Shown: positions 9,953-26,011 of the stretch, one piece after another
Numbering within the stretch: position 1 is the stretch's first letter
Layout: each line of letters begins with the position of its first letter
Source of the DNA: Streptosporangiaceae bacterium
GTDB lineage: Bacteria > Actinomycetota > Actinomycetes > Streptosporangiales > Streptosporangiaceae
Length of the DNA: 33,737 nucleotides
Assembly (NCBI GenBank): GCA_036391235.1
Contig: DASWAH010000281.1
Coordinates: 1-33,737, forward strand
Direction: 5' to 3'
Program-made: the position numbers and the translations under genes
Notes under the pieces: generated by a model
The model's input: only the letters and a program-made list of their open reading frames with translations
Told to the model about the DNA's origin: nothing
Databases searched by the model: none

Positions 9953-11098
9953 GTGGGATCGAGGAGCCGGATGCTGATACCGCACTCCCCCTGGACCGGC
10001 CGCGCTGCCCGGGCCGCGGCCACGCTGACCGCGTTCGCTGTCATCGGCTACGCGATGGCCGAGTCGGGCCCCGCCCTGACTGGTCAGGCCGGGGCCAGCA
10101 GCCATCCGGCTAGCCACCGTACGGTCCCCCACCGCACCGGCGGTCACCGCCCGGCCAGCCGGCGGCTGGCCAGCTTCCACCCGGCCAGCCATCACCGGGC
10201 CAGCAACCACCGGGCCAGCAACCACCGGGCCGAACGGCACCCGCCGGCGGTCGCCCGCCGGGACGTCGGCGGGCGGGCCCTGGCCGGCCGCGGCATCGTG
10301 GTGGCCGGACACGCGGTGCCACTGCCGGCCGTCCCGGCCTCGGCCTACGTGATCGCTAACGCGCGCACCGGCCAGGTGCTGGCGGCCAAGGACCCGCACG
10401 GGCTGTACCCGCCAGCCAGCACGCTGAAGGTGCTGACCGCGATCACCATGCTGCCCAGGCTGCGACCGGGCACGACGATCAGGGCGACGAGGCTGGCCGC
10501 GTCCATGGTGCCCAACATCATCGGGCTGATCCCCGGTCGCCGGTACCGGGTCGCCGACCTCTTCCGCGCCCTGCTGCTTATCTCGGCCAACGACGCCGCG
10601 GTGTCGCTAGTACAGGCCGCTGGGTCGTTCGCCCGCGGCATGGCGCTGGTCAACGCCGAGGCCAGGCGCCTGCGGGCCGATGACGTGGTGGCCAGAATGC
10701 CCAACGGACTGCCCGCCGCCGGGCAGGTCGTGTCGGCCTACGATCTCGCCCTGATCGCCCGGGCCGCCCTCGGCCTGCCTGCCTTCATGCGCTACGACCG
10801 GACGCTGTCGGCGATGTTCTACCGCACCAGGTTCGGCCCCGTGCACATGGTCAACGAGAACGGATTGCTGACCCAGTATCGCGGCGCGCTGGGGGGCAAG
10901 ATCGGCTGGACGTCGGCCGCGGGCGCGACCTACGTCGGCATGGCCAGGCGGCACGGCGTCACGCTGATCGTGACCATCCTGCACGCCACCCCGCTAACCG
11001 AGATCACCTCGGCCGAGAGACTGCTGAACTGGGGTTTCGCCGAAAACGGGACAGTGCGGCCGGTCGGCGTGCTGGTCAGGCCGGCGGGCAGTTCGTAA
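9953..11098 (+). CDS. Serine-type D-Ala-D-Ala carboxypeptidase (peptidase S11), secreted, paralog 1
   Basis: It has a signal-like N-terminus (RAARAAATLTAFAVIGYAMA), SxxK (ASTLK) and SxN (SAND). The third motif reads KIG. An alternative start is ATG 9971, 4 nt after GAGGAG. Confidence 0.85.
   Translation: MGSRSRMLIPHSPWTGRAARAAATLTAFAVIGYAMAESGPALTGQAGASSHPASHRTVPHRTGGHRPASRRLASFHPASHHRASNHRASNHRAERHPPAVARRDVGGRALAGRGIVVAGHAVPLPAVPASAYVIANARTGQVLAAKDPHGLYPPASTLKVLTAITMLPRLRPGTTIRATRLAASMVPNIIGLIPGRRYRVADLFRALLLISANDAAVSLVQAAGSFARGMALVNAEARRLRADDVVARMPNGLPAAGQVVSAYDLALIARAALGLPAFMRYDRTLSAMFYRTRFGPVHMVNENGLLTQYRGALGGKIGWTSAAGATYVGMARRHGVTLIVTILHATPLTEITSAERLLNWGFAENGTVRPVGVLVRPAGSS
10178..10235 (+). 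repeat. In-frame 15-bp tandem repeat (about 4 copies) inside carboxypeptidase paralog 1
   Basis: The copies read cacccggccagccat, caccgggccagcaac, caccgggccagcaac and caccgggccgaac. They encode HPASH, HRASN, HRASN and HRAE(R) in the linker after the signal peptide. Confidence 0.8.
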
Positions 11099-11235
11099 CC
11101 CGCGGCGGTACGAACCTTTGCCAGGCCGCAGGGCGGCTCGCGAGGGTTGCAGGGATACGGAACGATTGCCCCCGGGTACGACCGGGATGTACCGGGGAAC
11201 AACCTGCCCAGACCAGCAGCACGCCCGGCCGGGCC

Positions 11236-12549
11236 GTGCTCCGCTCGCGGGATGGGGACCGGATGCCGCCCAGGAGGAAAGCCGGCGCGCTGCTCGTCGC
11301 CGTCATCGCGGCCAGCGCCGCGGCCGGGCTCGTCGTCGCATCGGATAGTTCGGGCCTGCGCCCCCGGGTCCGGGTCAGCCACGCCCGCCGCGGCCACCAG
11401 CAGCCTCCCTACTGGGGGCCGCCGGTCCAGATGACCGCGGCCACCCGGGCCGGTGACCAGTCCAGGGCGGCCGGCCGCACCGGCGGCCCGGCCCGGCCGG
11501 CTCGCGATCAAGTCGGCGGCCCGTTGCTGGCCAGCCGCGGCATCGTCGTCCGTGAGCCGGGCCGCGGCGGCCGCCCCTTGCCGAAAGTCCCCGCGTCGGC
11601 CTACGTGATCGCCGACGCCGGCACCGGCCAGGTGCTCGCGGCGAAGGACCCGCACGGGCTGTTCCCGCCAGCCAGCACGCTCAAGGTGCTCACGGCCATC
11701 ACCATGTTGCCGCGGCTGAATCCCGGCGCGACCGTCGTCGCCAGCCGGCGGGCCGCCTCGGCCGTTCCGAACATCGTCGGCCTGCGGGCCGGGCACCGGT
11801 ATCGCGTCGCCGACCTCTTCCGCGCACTGCTGCTGATCTCGGCCAACGACGCCGCGGTGGCACTGGTCGAGGCGAGCGGGTCGTTCACCCACGGCATGGC
11901 GCTGGTCAACGCCGAGGCCAGGCACCTGCAGGCCTACGACGTCGTGGCCAAGTACCCGAACGGCCTGCCCGCACCGGGCCAGGTGGTGTCCGCCTACGAC
12001 CTCGCCCTGATCGGCCGGGCCGCTCTGGGCATGCCGGCGTTCATGCGGTACGACTCGATGCTGACCGCCAGGTTCCCGCTCGCCCGGCACAAGGCCGTCA
12101 CGCTGGTGAATCAGGACTACCTGCTGACCAGGTACCGGGGCGGGATCGGCGGAAAGATCGGCTGGACCAGCAAGGCCGGGGCGACCTACATCGGGCTGGC
12201 CAGACGGCATGGTGTCACCCTGATCGTGACGATCCTGCACGCGACCCCGCTGACCGAGATCACCTCAGCCGAGAAGCTGCTTACCTGGGGTTTCGCGATG
12301 GATGGCCGGGTCCGGCCGGCGGGCGAACTGGTTCGGCCGCTGGCCGCGGCCAGGACGGCCGCGCACCGGGCGCCGGCGCCGGAACCGCGCAGGACGGCGG
12401 CGGCAGGCGCCGCGCTGACCGCGCCGGCCGCGCGTGAACGGACCGTCGCGCTGGCGGCCAGCATCGTGGGCGGCATCGGCGCGGTCGCGCTGGCCGGGCT
12501 GGCCTACCGGCGGCGCCGGGCGCTGCCCGGCAAGCCGCCGCCCGCCTGA
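11236..12549 (+). CDS. Serine-type D-Ala-D-Ala carboxypeptidase (peptidase S11), paralog 2 with a C-terminal TM anchor
   Basis: The core is roughly three-quarters identical to paralog 1 by eye, with the same ASTLK, SAND and KIG motifs. It adds a C-terminal helix (VALAASIVGGIGAVALAGLAY) followed by RRRR. The likelier start is ATG 11263 (MPPRRKAGALLVAV...). Confidence 0.85.
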   Translation: MLRSRDGDRMPPRRKAGALLVAVIAASAAAGLVVASDSSGLRPRVRVSHARRGHQQPPYWGPPVQMTAATRAGDQSRAAGRTGGPARPARDQVGGPLLASRGIVVREPGRGGRPLPKVPASAYVIADAGTGQVLAAKDPHGLFPPASTLKVLTAITMLPRLNPGATVVASRRAASAVPNIVGLRAGHRYRVADLFRALLLISANDAAVALVEASGSFTHGMALVNAEARHLQAYDVVAKYPNGLPAPGQVVSAYDLALIGRAALGMPAFMRYDSMLTARFPLARHKAVTLVNQDYLLTRYRGGIGGKIGWTSKAGATYIGLARRHGVTLIVTILHATPLTEITSAEKLLTWGFAMDGRVRPAGELVRPLAAARTAAHRAPAPEPRRTAAAGAALTAPAARERTVALAASIVGGIGAVALAGLAYRRRRALPGKPPPA

Positions 12550-12588
12550 GGCCCCTGGCAGCCCGGCGGTCCTGGTCAGCCCGGCGGT

Positions 12589-16086
<3,498 letters not shown>

Positions 16087-16122
16087 GGTCAGAACGCTAC
16101 CCAGCGGGCCGCCGGCGGAAGC

Positions 16123-17259
16123 TCACCGGGCCGGTGCCGTCGGCGTTCCCGGTGCCACGATGACCTCGACCCGCTGGAACTCCTTCAGGTCCGAGTAGCC
16201 GGACGTGGCCATGGTCCGGCGCAATGCGCCCATCAGGTTCATCGATCCGTCGGCGACGATGGACGGGCCGTGCAGGATCTGCTCGAGCGTCCCGATCGTG
16301 CCGACCTTTAGCCGGTCGCCGCGCGGCAGTTCCGGGTGGTGGGCCTCGCTGCCCCAGTGATAGCCGCGGCCCGGCGCCTCGGCCGCCCTGGCGATCGGCG
16401 AGCCCACCATGACCGCGTCGGCCCCCAGGGCCAGCGCCTTGGCGATGTCGCCGCTCCTGGTCATGCCGCCGTCCGCGATCACGTGCACGTACCGGCCACC
16501 GGACTCGTCCAGGTAGTCGCGGCGGGCCGCGGCCACGTCGGCGACCGCGGTCGCCATCGGGACCTTGACCCCGAGCACGGCCGCGGTGGTCTGGCCGGAA
16601 CCGCCGCCGAAGCCGACCAGGACCCCGGCCGCGCCCGTGCGCATCAGGTGCAGCGCGGCGGTGTAGGTGGCGCACCCGCCGACGATCACCGGGACGTCCA
16701 GTTCGTAGATGAAGTGCTTCAGGTTCAGCGGCTCGGCCTGGCTGGAGACGTGCTCGGCCGACACGGTGGTCCCCCTGATCACCACGAAGTCGGGGCCGGC
16801 GTCGATGACCGCCTTGTGATACCTGAGCGTGCGCTGCGGCGACAGCCGGGCCGCGATCGTGACGCCCGCAGCCCTGATCTCGGCGATGCGCTGCCCGATC
16901 AGCTCGTCCTTGATCGGCTCGGCGTAGATTTCCTGCAGCCGCCGGGTGGCGGCCGCGTCGTCTAGCGTCGCCACCTCGGCCAGCAGCGGCTCGGGGTCTT
17001 CGTACCTGGTCCAGACGCCCTCGATATCGAGCACGGCCAGGCCGCCGAGCTTGCCGATCGCGATCGCGGTGGCGGGCGAGACGACGCTGTCCATCGGCGC
17101 CGTCACCAGCGGCAGCTCGAACCGGTAGGCGTCGATCTGCCAGGCGATCGAGACATCCTCTGGCCGCCGGGTGCGCCGGGACGGCACGATGCCGATCTCG
17201 TCGAGCGCGTAGGCGCGGCGCCCGCCTTTGCCCCGTCCGATTTCCATCTGTGTCACCAC
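16123..17259 (-). CDS. guaB3: GuaB3-type IMP dehydrogenase-related protein (no catalytic Cys loop)
   Basis: 378 aa. The N-terminus (RRAYALDEIGIVPSRRTR) resembles mycobacterial GuaB3. The position of the IMPDH catalytic loop reads GGGSGQTTAAV, without Cys. It lies directly downstream of guaB. Confidence 0.85.
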   Translation of the reverse strand: MVTQMEIGRGKGGRRAYALDEIGIVPSRRTRRPEDVSIAWQIDAYRFELPLVTAPMDSVVSPATAIAIGKLGGLAVLDIEGVWTRYEDPEPLLAEVATLDDAAATRRLQEIYAEPIKDELIGQRIAEIRAAGVTIAARLSPQRTLRYHKAVIDAGPDFVVIRGTTVSAEHVSSQAEPLNLKHFIYELDVPVIVGGCATYTAALHLMRTGAAGVLVGFGGGSGQTTAAVLGVKVPMATAVADVAAARRDYLDESGGRYVHVIADGGMTRSGDIAKALALGADAVMVGSPIARAAEAPGRGYHWGSEAHHPELPRGDRLKVGTIGTLEQILHGPSIVADGSMNLMGALRRTMATSGYSDLKEFQRVEVIVAPGTPTAPAR

Positions 17260-17320
17260 GCCAGTCTGCCAGCCACGCTGGCGCCGGCTGGGCAGGCGGG
17301 GCCAGGTAGGCCCGGTGAGC

Positions 17321-19761
<2,441 letters not shown>

Positions 19762-20540
19762 GCTCGGCCGCGGTCCTGACCACGAACTCAGCCGCCGCCC
19801 GGCCCGGCGGCCGCTCAGGCAGCCGGCCGAGCTGCTGGTCAAGGGCGCTGCCGACGGTTCGTGCCGGTCCCCAGCCGCGGCTGAGCGCGGCCCGGCCGCC
19901 GGCCACCTTGGCCACGATCGCGCCGTCCCGCAGGTAAGCCAGCGCCCGGCAGGCATTCAGCACCGCATAAGCCTCGGACGCGTGAGCAAGTCCCCAGCTC
20001 AGCTCCCCGGCCAGGTATTCGAGAATCAAATGCCGCGGAACCGCCCCGATCAGGGCTCCAGGCTCCGGCCCGGCGAGCGCCACGCCTGCCGCCGTGGCCA
20101 CGGCATAGTGCATGAGCAAGTCGGGATCGCCTGGATGGCCCCGGCCGGTCACCAGGTCGGCCCGGCCGTCCCGCCGCGCCAGGTGCAAGACGAACGGCCA
20201 GGGCGGTCCGGGATCGGCGGCCGCGCTCACCGTCACCGCGCTGCACTCCAGACCGCGCCCCGGCGCCTGCGCGGCGGCCGCCAGCAGGACCGCCCCGGCC
20301 GCGCCGATCTGGCCATCCCCGACGCGGTCGGCCAGCACGACCAGCACATCGACGTCGCTGCGGATGGCCGTCCACCCGCCCAGCACGGCCGACCCGTGCA
20401 GGTAAGCGCCGGCCAGGGCATCGCCCAGTACGTCCGCGAGCCCGTTCGCCACGTCGGCCGCGTAAGCCAGCGGCGCGCTCGCTCCGTTGTCTTGTCCTGC
20501 CTCCATGTACTCCAGCTTGCCCCGTTCGGGCCGGATCGGG

Positions 20541-21140
20541 TCAGGCGCTGTCGACGTAACGCTCCTCCAGAGCGAGGGCGCGCAGTCGCAGCAGCGCCCG
20601 GTGCTGCGCGACCCGCACCGCACCCGCCGACATGCCGAGCGCCTTGCCGGTCTCCTCGGCCGAGAGCCCGGTCAGTACCCGCAGCACCAGCAGCTCGCGC
20701 TGCGCGGCGGGCAGCCTGGTCAGCAGGGCCCTGGCCCGCTGGGCCTCCAGGCTGGAGACGGCGGCCTCCTCAGGACCCGGCTGGTCGTCCGGGCTGTCCG
20801 GCAGGTCGTCGGTCGGGATCGGCGCCCTGGCCGCCAGCCGGCGGGCGTCGGCGACCTTGTGCGAGGCAATGCCGAACACAAAGGACGCGAACGGCCTGCC
20901 CATATCGCGGTAGCGCGGCAGCGCGGTAAGGACCGCGATGCACACCTCCTGGGCGACGTCCTCGGCGGCCTGGGCCGGCGCGGCAAGCGACCCCAGCCTG
21001 GCCCGGCAGTACCTGACCACCATCGGCCGGATCTGCGCGAGCAGCGTCTCGACCGCGGCCGGCTGGCCGCGGACGGCCAGTACGGTCAGGTCAGCGCTCA
21101 TCGGGACTGGGCGGCCGTCACCGGCAGCCTGCTCGGTCAT
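20541..21140 (-). CDS. sigD: ECF RNA polymerase sigma factor, SigD-like
   Basis: 199 aa. It is very similar by eye to M. tuberculosis SigD ([81 protein letters not shown]) and lies in the conserved position between guaB and groEL1. Confidence 0.85.
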   Translation of the reverse strand: MTEQAAGDGRPVPMSADLTVLAVRGQPAAVETLLAQIRPMVVRYCRARLGSLAAPAQAAEDVAQEVCIAVLTALPRYRDMGRPFASFVFGIASHKVADARRLAARAPIPTDDLPDSPDDQPGPEEAAVSSLEAQRARALLTRLPAAQRELLVLRVLTGLSAEETGKALGMSAGAVRVAQHRALLRLRALALEERYVDSA

Positions 21141-21295
21141 GTGCTCCCCCTCGGCCTGCGCCGTTCCGCATCACGCGGTCACGACGGGTTGATGCCCAGG
21201 TAAAGGGGGAGCTCAATCATCAAAATGAACGCCAGGAAAATCGCCGGTCCAGACCTCCCGGTTAATTGGCTGGTTTGCCCACCGCAAAAGCCGCG

Positions 21296-21371
21296 CCGCG
21301 ACCAGTCACCCGCACCGCGACCAGTCACCCGCGTCCCGGCCGGTCACCCGCACCGCGACCGGTGGCCCGCA
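21296..21371. repeat. Degenerate 19-bp tandem repeat (ccgcgaccagtcacccgca), about 4 copies
   Basis: Copies lie at 21296-21314, 21315-21333 and 21353-21371, with a partial copy at 21341-21352. The repeat is non-coding. Confidence 0.75.
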
Positions 21372-21387
21372 CCTGGCGCCCGGCTCC

Positions 21388-21426
21388 GCCCTCTGCGCCC
21401 GCCCTCTGCGCCCGCCCTCCGCGCCC
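21388..21426. repeat. 13-bp tandem repeat (gccctctgcgccc), 3 copies
   Basis: Copies lie at 21388-21400, 21401-21413 and 21414-21426. The third copy has one substitution. Confidence 0.8.
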
Positions 21427-21502
21427 GCACTCGGCCTTCCGTGTCCGGCCCCGTCCTCGGCCCGCGGCTCCGTTATCGGACTCGCGCGCGCACCTCGCCC
21501 GT

Positions 21503-21556
21503 GTATGAATACGCGTATTCAGACACAAATACGTGTCTGAATACGGCCATTCATAC
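21503..21556. promoter_or_regulatory. AT-rich nested 54-bp palindrome built from TGAATAC/GTATTCA half-sites (candidate multi-site operator or RNA hairpin)
   Basis: A perfect 16-bp palindrome TGAATACGCGTATTCA lies at 21506-21521. A 12-bp inverted repeat GTATTCAGACAC-N6-GTGTCTGAATAC lies at 21515-21544. Outer arms GTATGAAT (21503-21510) and ATTCATAC (21549-21556) share the same symmetry axis. The interval 21501-21560 is 26/60 G+C by hand count. Confidence 0.5.
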
Positions 21557-21592
21557 GTCGAGGCCGGACAGGTACCGGGCGCCGGGCGGCGT

Positions 21593-21671
21593 GCGACGGG
21601 CGCCGGGTGCCGGCGATGTTGGCGCGCGACGGGCGACGGGCGCCGGGTGCGGGGCGACGGGCGCCGGGTGC
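21593..21671. repeat. 18-bp direct repeat (gcgacgggcgccgggtgc), 3 copies plus one partial copy
   Basis: Copies lie at 21593-21610, 21633-21650 and 21654-21671, with a partial copy at 21626-21632. The repeat is non-coding. Confidence 0.75.
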
Positions 21672-21716
21672 CGGGCCACGCTGGTGCGTGATGGGCGCGG
21701 CGGGTCTTCGTACATG

Positions 21717-21755
21717 CGACGGGCCGGGACCCCCGCTAGGGGTCCCGGCCCGTCG
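21717..21755 (-). terminator. groEL1 terminator-like hairpin (17-bp perfect stem, 5-nt loop)
   Basis: The sequence cgacgggccgggacccc-cgcta-ggggtcccggcccgtcg begins 22 nt downstream of the groEL1 stop. It has no U-tract, which is common for actinobacterial terminators. Confidence 0.6.
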
Positions 21756-21776
21756 TGGATCAGGCGCGCTAGCCGG

Positions 21777-23438
<1,662 letters not shown>

Positions 23439-23570
23439 TCATGCCGCCGCCCCGGGCGGGCCGGGAACCGCAAGAGACTCGCTCCTGCGGGCACCAGCCG
23501 ATCCGGGGCGGCGGGCGGCGCCTAAGCGCCCAGGCACGAGCCAGGCCCGCGCCAGCCAAACCTTGCTCGC

Positions 23571-23882
23571 TTACTTCTCGATGACGGCGAGCACGTCACG
23601 AGCGGAGAGCACCAGGTACTCCTCGCCCGCATACTTCACTTCGGTGCCGCCGTACTTGCTGTACAGCACGACATCGCCAACCTTGACGTCCATGGGGACG
23701 CGCTTGGCGCCAGCGTCGTCGAACCGGCCTGGTCCGACGGCGATGACCTCGCCCTCCTGGGGCTTTTCCTTGGCGGTGTCGGGAATGACAAGGCCAGAAG
23801 CCGTGGTCTGCTCAGCATCGAGCGGGCGCACGACAATCCGGTCCTCGAGCGGCTTGATAACAACCTTGGTGGCGGTCGTCAC
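23571..23882 (-). CDS. groES: Co-chaperonin GroES
   Basis: GTG 23882 follows GGAGGGGGAGG. The translation [44 protein letters not shown] is canonical GroES. Confidence 0.95.
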   Translation of the reverse strand: MTTATKVVIKPLEDRIVVRPLDAEQTTASGLVIPDTAKEKPQEGEVIAVGPGRFDDAGAKRVPMDVKVGDVVLYSKYGGTEVKYAGEEYLVLSARDVLAVIEK

Positions 23883-23975
23883 GATCTGACCTCCCCCTCC
23901 GGAAAGGGCTAGCTGAGTTACTAGAGAGGCGACCATGGGGCCTGCCGTCGCGGGTGCCAGACCATCCTCGTCGCA

Positions 23976-24002
23976 TTAGCACTCTACATCATCGAGTGCC
24001 AG
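23976..24002 (-). promoter_or_regulatory. CIRCE operator (HrcA binding site) upstream of groES
   Basis: TTAGCACTC-N9-GAGTGCCAG on the plus strand differs from the consensus TTAGCACTC-N9-GAGTGCTAA in 2 positions of one arm. It lies 94-120 nt upstream of the groES start. Confidence 0.85.
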
Positions 24003-24066
24003 TCCCGCACTGTAGCCCGGCGTCCCGGCCCCGTCAAGGGCCGGCCGCCGCGCCAGCCAGGCTAAG

Positions 24067-24942
24067 GTGCGGCCCATGAGCCCCCGAGCCAGCGACGCAG
24101 CAGGATCAGCACCGGGCGAGCACGACCGCCTGGGCGAGCACGCCCGCCGGGCCTCGTCGTTCGGTGCCGCGGCGCACGCCTATGCCACGCACCGGCCAGA
24201 CTACCCAGCGGCCGCGGTCGCCTGGTCCCTGGAGCCGGCCGAGCGCCTGGCCGCCAGGCAGGGCCGGCCGGCCAGGGTCATCGACCTGGGCGCCGGCACC
24301 GGCAAGCTGACGGCCCATCTCGCCGCGCTGACGCTGGCCGGGCACCGAGCCGAGGTCACCGCGGTCGAGCCCGACCCGGACATGCTGGCCGAGCTGCACA
24401 CGCAGTTGCCAGAGGTCCGGGCCGTGGCCGGCCGGGCCGAGGAGATCCCGCTGCCGGACGGCGCGGCCGACGCGGTCCTGGCGGGCCAGGCCGCGCACTG
24501 GTTCGACCTGGACCTGGCGCTTCCGGAGATCGCCAGGGTGCTCGCGCCGGGCGGCGCCTTTGCCGGATTGTGGAACGCCGACGACGACCGCGTCGGCTGG
24601 GTGGCCGGCCTGCACCGCATCAGCGGCCGCGCGAACGTGATCGCCTACTCCTCGCTGGAGGACGACAAGGAGGAGGACGGGATCCTGCGCTGGCTGGCCG
24701 GCCCGGGCAGCGGGCTGTTCCGGCCCGGCGAGGGTGCGGGATTCCCGCACGGCCAGGTCAGGACGGCCGAGTCGCTGGTCGCGACCATGCGCACCCATTC
24801 GATGTTCCTGATCATGGAACCGGCCGAACGGGAGCGGGTGCTCGGCGCGGTCGCGGACTACCTCGCGGCGACGCCCGAGACGGCGTCCGGCGAGTTCACG
24901 TTGCCGCTCTGGACGATGGCGTTGCGCGCCGTCCGCCGCTGA
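24067..24942 (+). CDS. Class I SAM-dependent methyltransferase
   Basis: It has motif I VIDLGAGTGKLT and the post-I acidic residue in VTAVEPD. An alternative start is ATG 24076. Confidence 0.8.
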   Translation: MRPMSPRASDAAGSAPGEHDRLGEHARRASSFGAAAHAYATHRPDYPAAAVAWSLEPAERLAARQGRPARVIDLGAGTGKLTAHLAALTLAGHRAEVTAVEPDPDMLAELHTQLPEVRAVAGRAEEIPLPDGAADAVLAGQAAHWFDLDLALPEIARVLAPGGAFAGLWNADDDRVGWVAGLHRISGRANVIAYSSLEDDKEEDGILRWLAGPGSGLFRPGEGAGFPHGQVRTAESLVATMRTHSMFLIMEPAERERVLGAVADYLAATPETASGEFTLPLWTMALRAVRR

Positions 24943-24979
24943 GCAAGGCGGCCGCAGGCCGCGGTGGCCAGGCGGCGGA

Positions 24980-26011
24980 TCAGGCCGCCAGGACCTGCGT
25001 CACCGGCAGCCCGGAGTCGGCCGCGAAAGCGTCACCCGACGGCTGCGCCCCGGCGGCGACCAGGTCAGAGCCGAGCGCCGCGACCATGGCACCGTTGTCG
25101 GTGCACAGCCCGGGCCTGGGGACCCGCAGCTGCACCCCGGCGGCCTCGCACCGCTGCGCCGCGAGCGCGCGCAACCGGGAGTTCGCGGCTACTCCGCCGC
25201 TGATCACCAGGTAGCCGACGTCGTGAGCCAGGCACGCGTCCACCGCCTTTCTGGTCAGCACGTCAGCGACCGCCTCCTGGAAGGAGGCCGCCACGTCCGC
25301 GACCGGCACGTCGAGGCCGGCCGCCTGCCGGGCCTCGACCCAGCGGGCCACCGCCGTCTTGAGCCCGGAGAACGAGAAGTCCGAGCTGCCGTCCCGGTAC
25401 TTGGACCTGGGGAAGCGGACCGCGGCCGGATCGCCGTCCCTGGCCGCCTTGTCGATCGGCGGGCCGCCGGGGAACGGCAGCCCGAGCAGCCTGGCCACCT
25501 TGTCGTAGGCCTCGCCGGCCGCGTCGTCGATCGTCCCGCCGAGCGAGGTGATATCTCCGGTGATGCCGCGGACCAGCAGCAGGGACGAATGCCCGCCCGA
25601 GACCAGCAGCGCGATCGCCGGGACCGGCAGCGGCCCGTGCTCGAGCTGATCGACCGCGATGTGCGCGGCCAGATGGTTGACGCCGTACAGCGGCTTGTCC
25701 AGGGCGAGCGCGTAGGCCTTGGCCGCGCACACGCCGACCAGCAGCGCCCCGGCCAGTCCGGGACCGGCGGTTACGGCGATCGCGTCGACCTGGCCGAGGC
25801 CGACCCCGGCCACGTCCAGTGCCCGCTGCACCGCCGGGACCATCGCCTCCAGGTGAGCCCGGCTGGCCACCTCGGGCACCACCCCGCCGAACCTGGCGTG
25901 CTCGGCCACGCTCGAGGCCACCGAGTCGGCCAGCAGCTCGTGCCCGCGCACCAGGCCGATGCCGGTCTCGTCACACGACGTCTCGATCCCGAGCACCAGC
26001 GGCGCCGTCAT
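24980..26011 (-). CDS. tsaD: tRNA N6-adenosine threonylcarbamoyltransferase TsaD
   Basis: 343 aa with the motifs [19 protein letters not shown] and [11 protein letters not shown]. Its start overlaps the rimI stop by 4 nt. Confidence 0.95.
   Translation of the reverse strand: MTAPLVLGIETSCDETGIGLVRGHELLADSVASSVAEHARFGGVVPEVASRAHLEAMVPAVQRALDVAGVGLGQVDAIAVTAGPGLAGALLVGVCAAKAYALALDKPLYGVNHLAAHIAVDQLEHGPLPVPAIALLVSGGHSSLLLVRGITGDITSLGGTIDDAAGEAYDKVARLLGLPFPGGPPIDKAARDGDPAAVRFPRSKYRDGSSDFSFSGLKTAVARWVEARQAAGLDVPVADVAASFQEAVADVLTRKAVDACLAHDVGYLVISGGVAANSRLRALAAQRCEAAGVQLRVPRPGLCTDNGAMVAALGSDLVAAGAQPSGDAFAADSGLPVTQVLAA

Noticed and set aside
21296-21671. Tandem repeats considered as a possible CRISPR array.
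   Set aside because: The units are 13-19 bp and directly abutting or irregularly spaced, with no unique spacers of regular length. Three different unit sequences are involved and no cas genes are present in the window.
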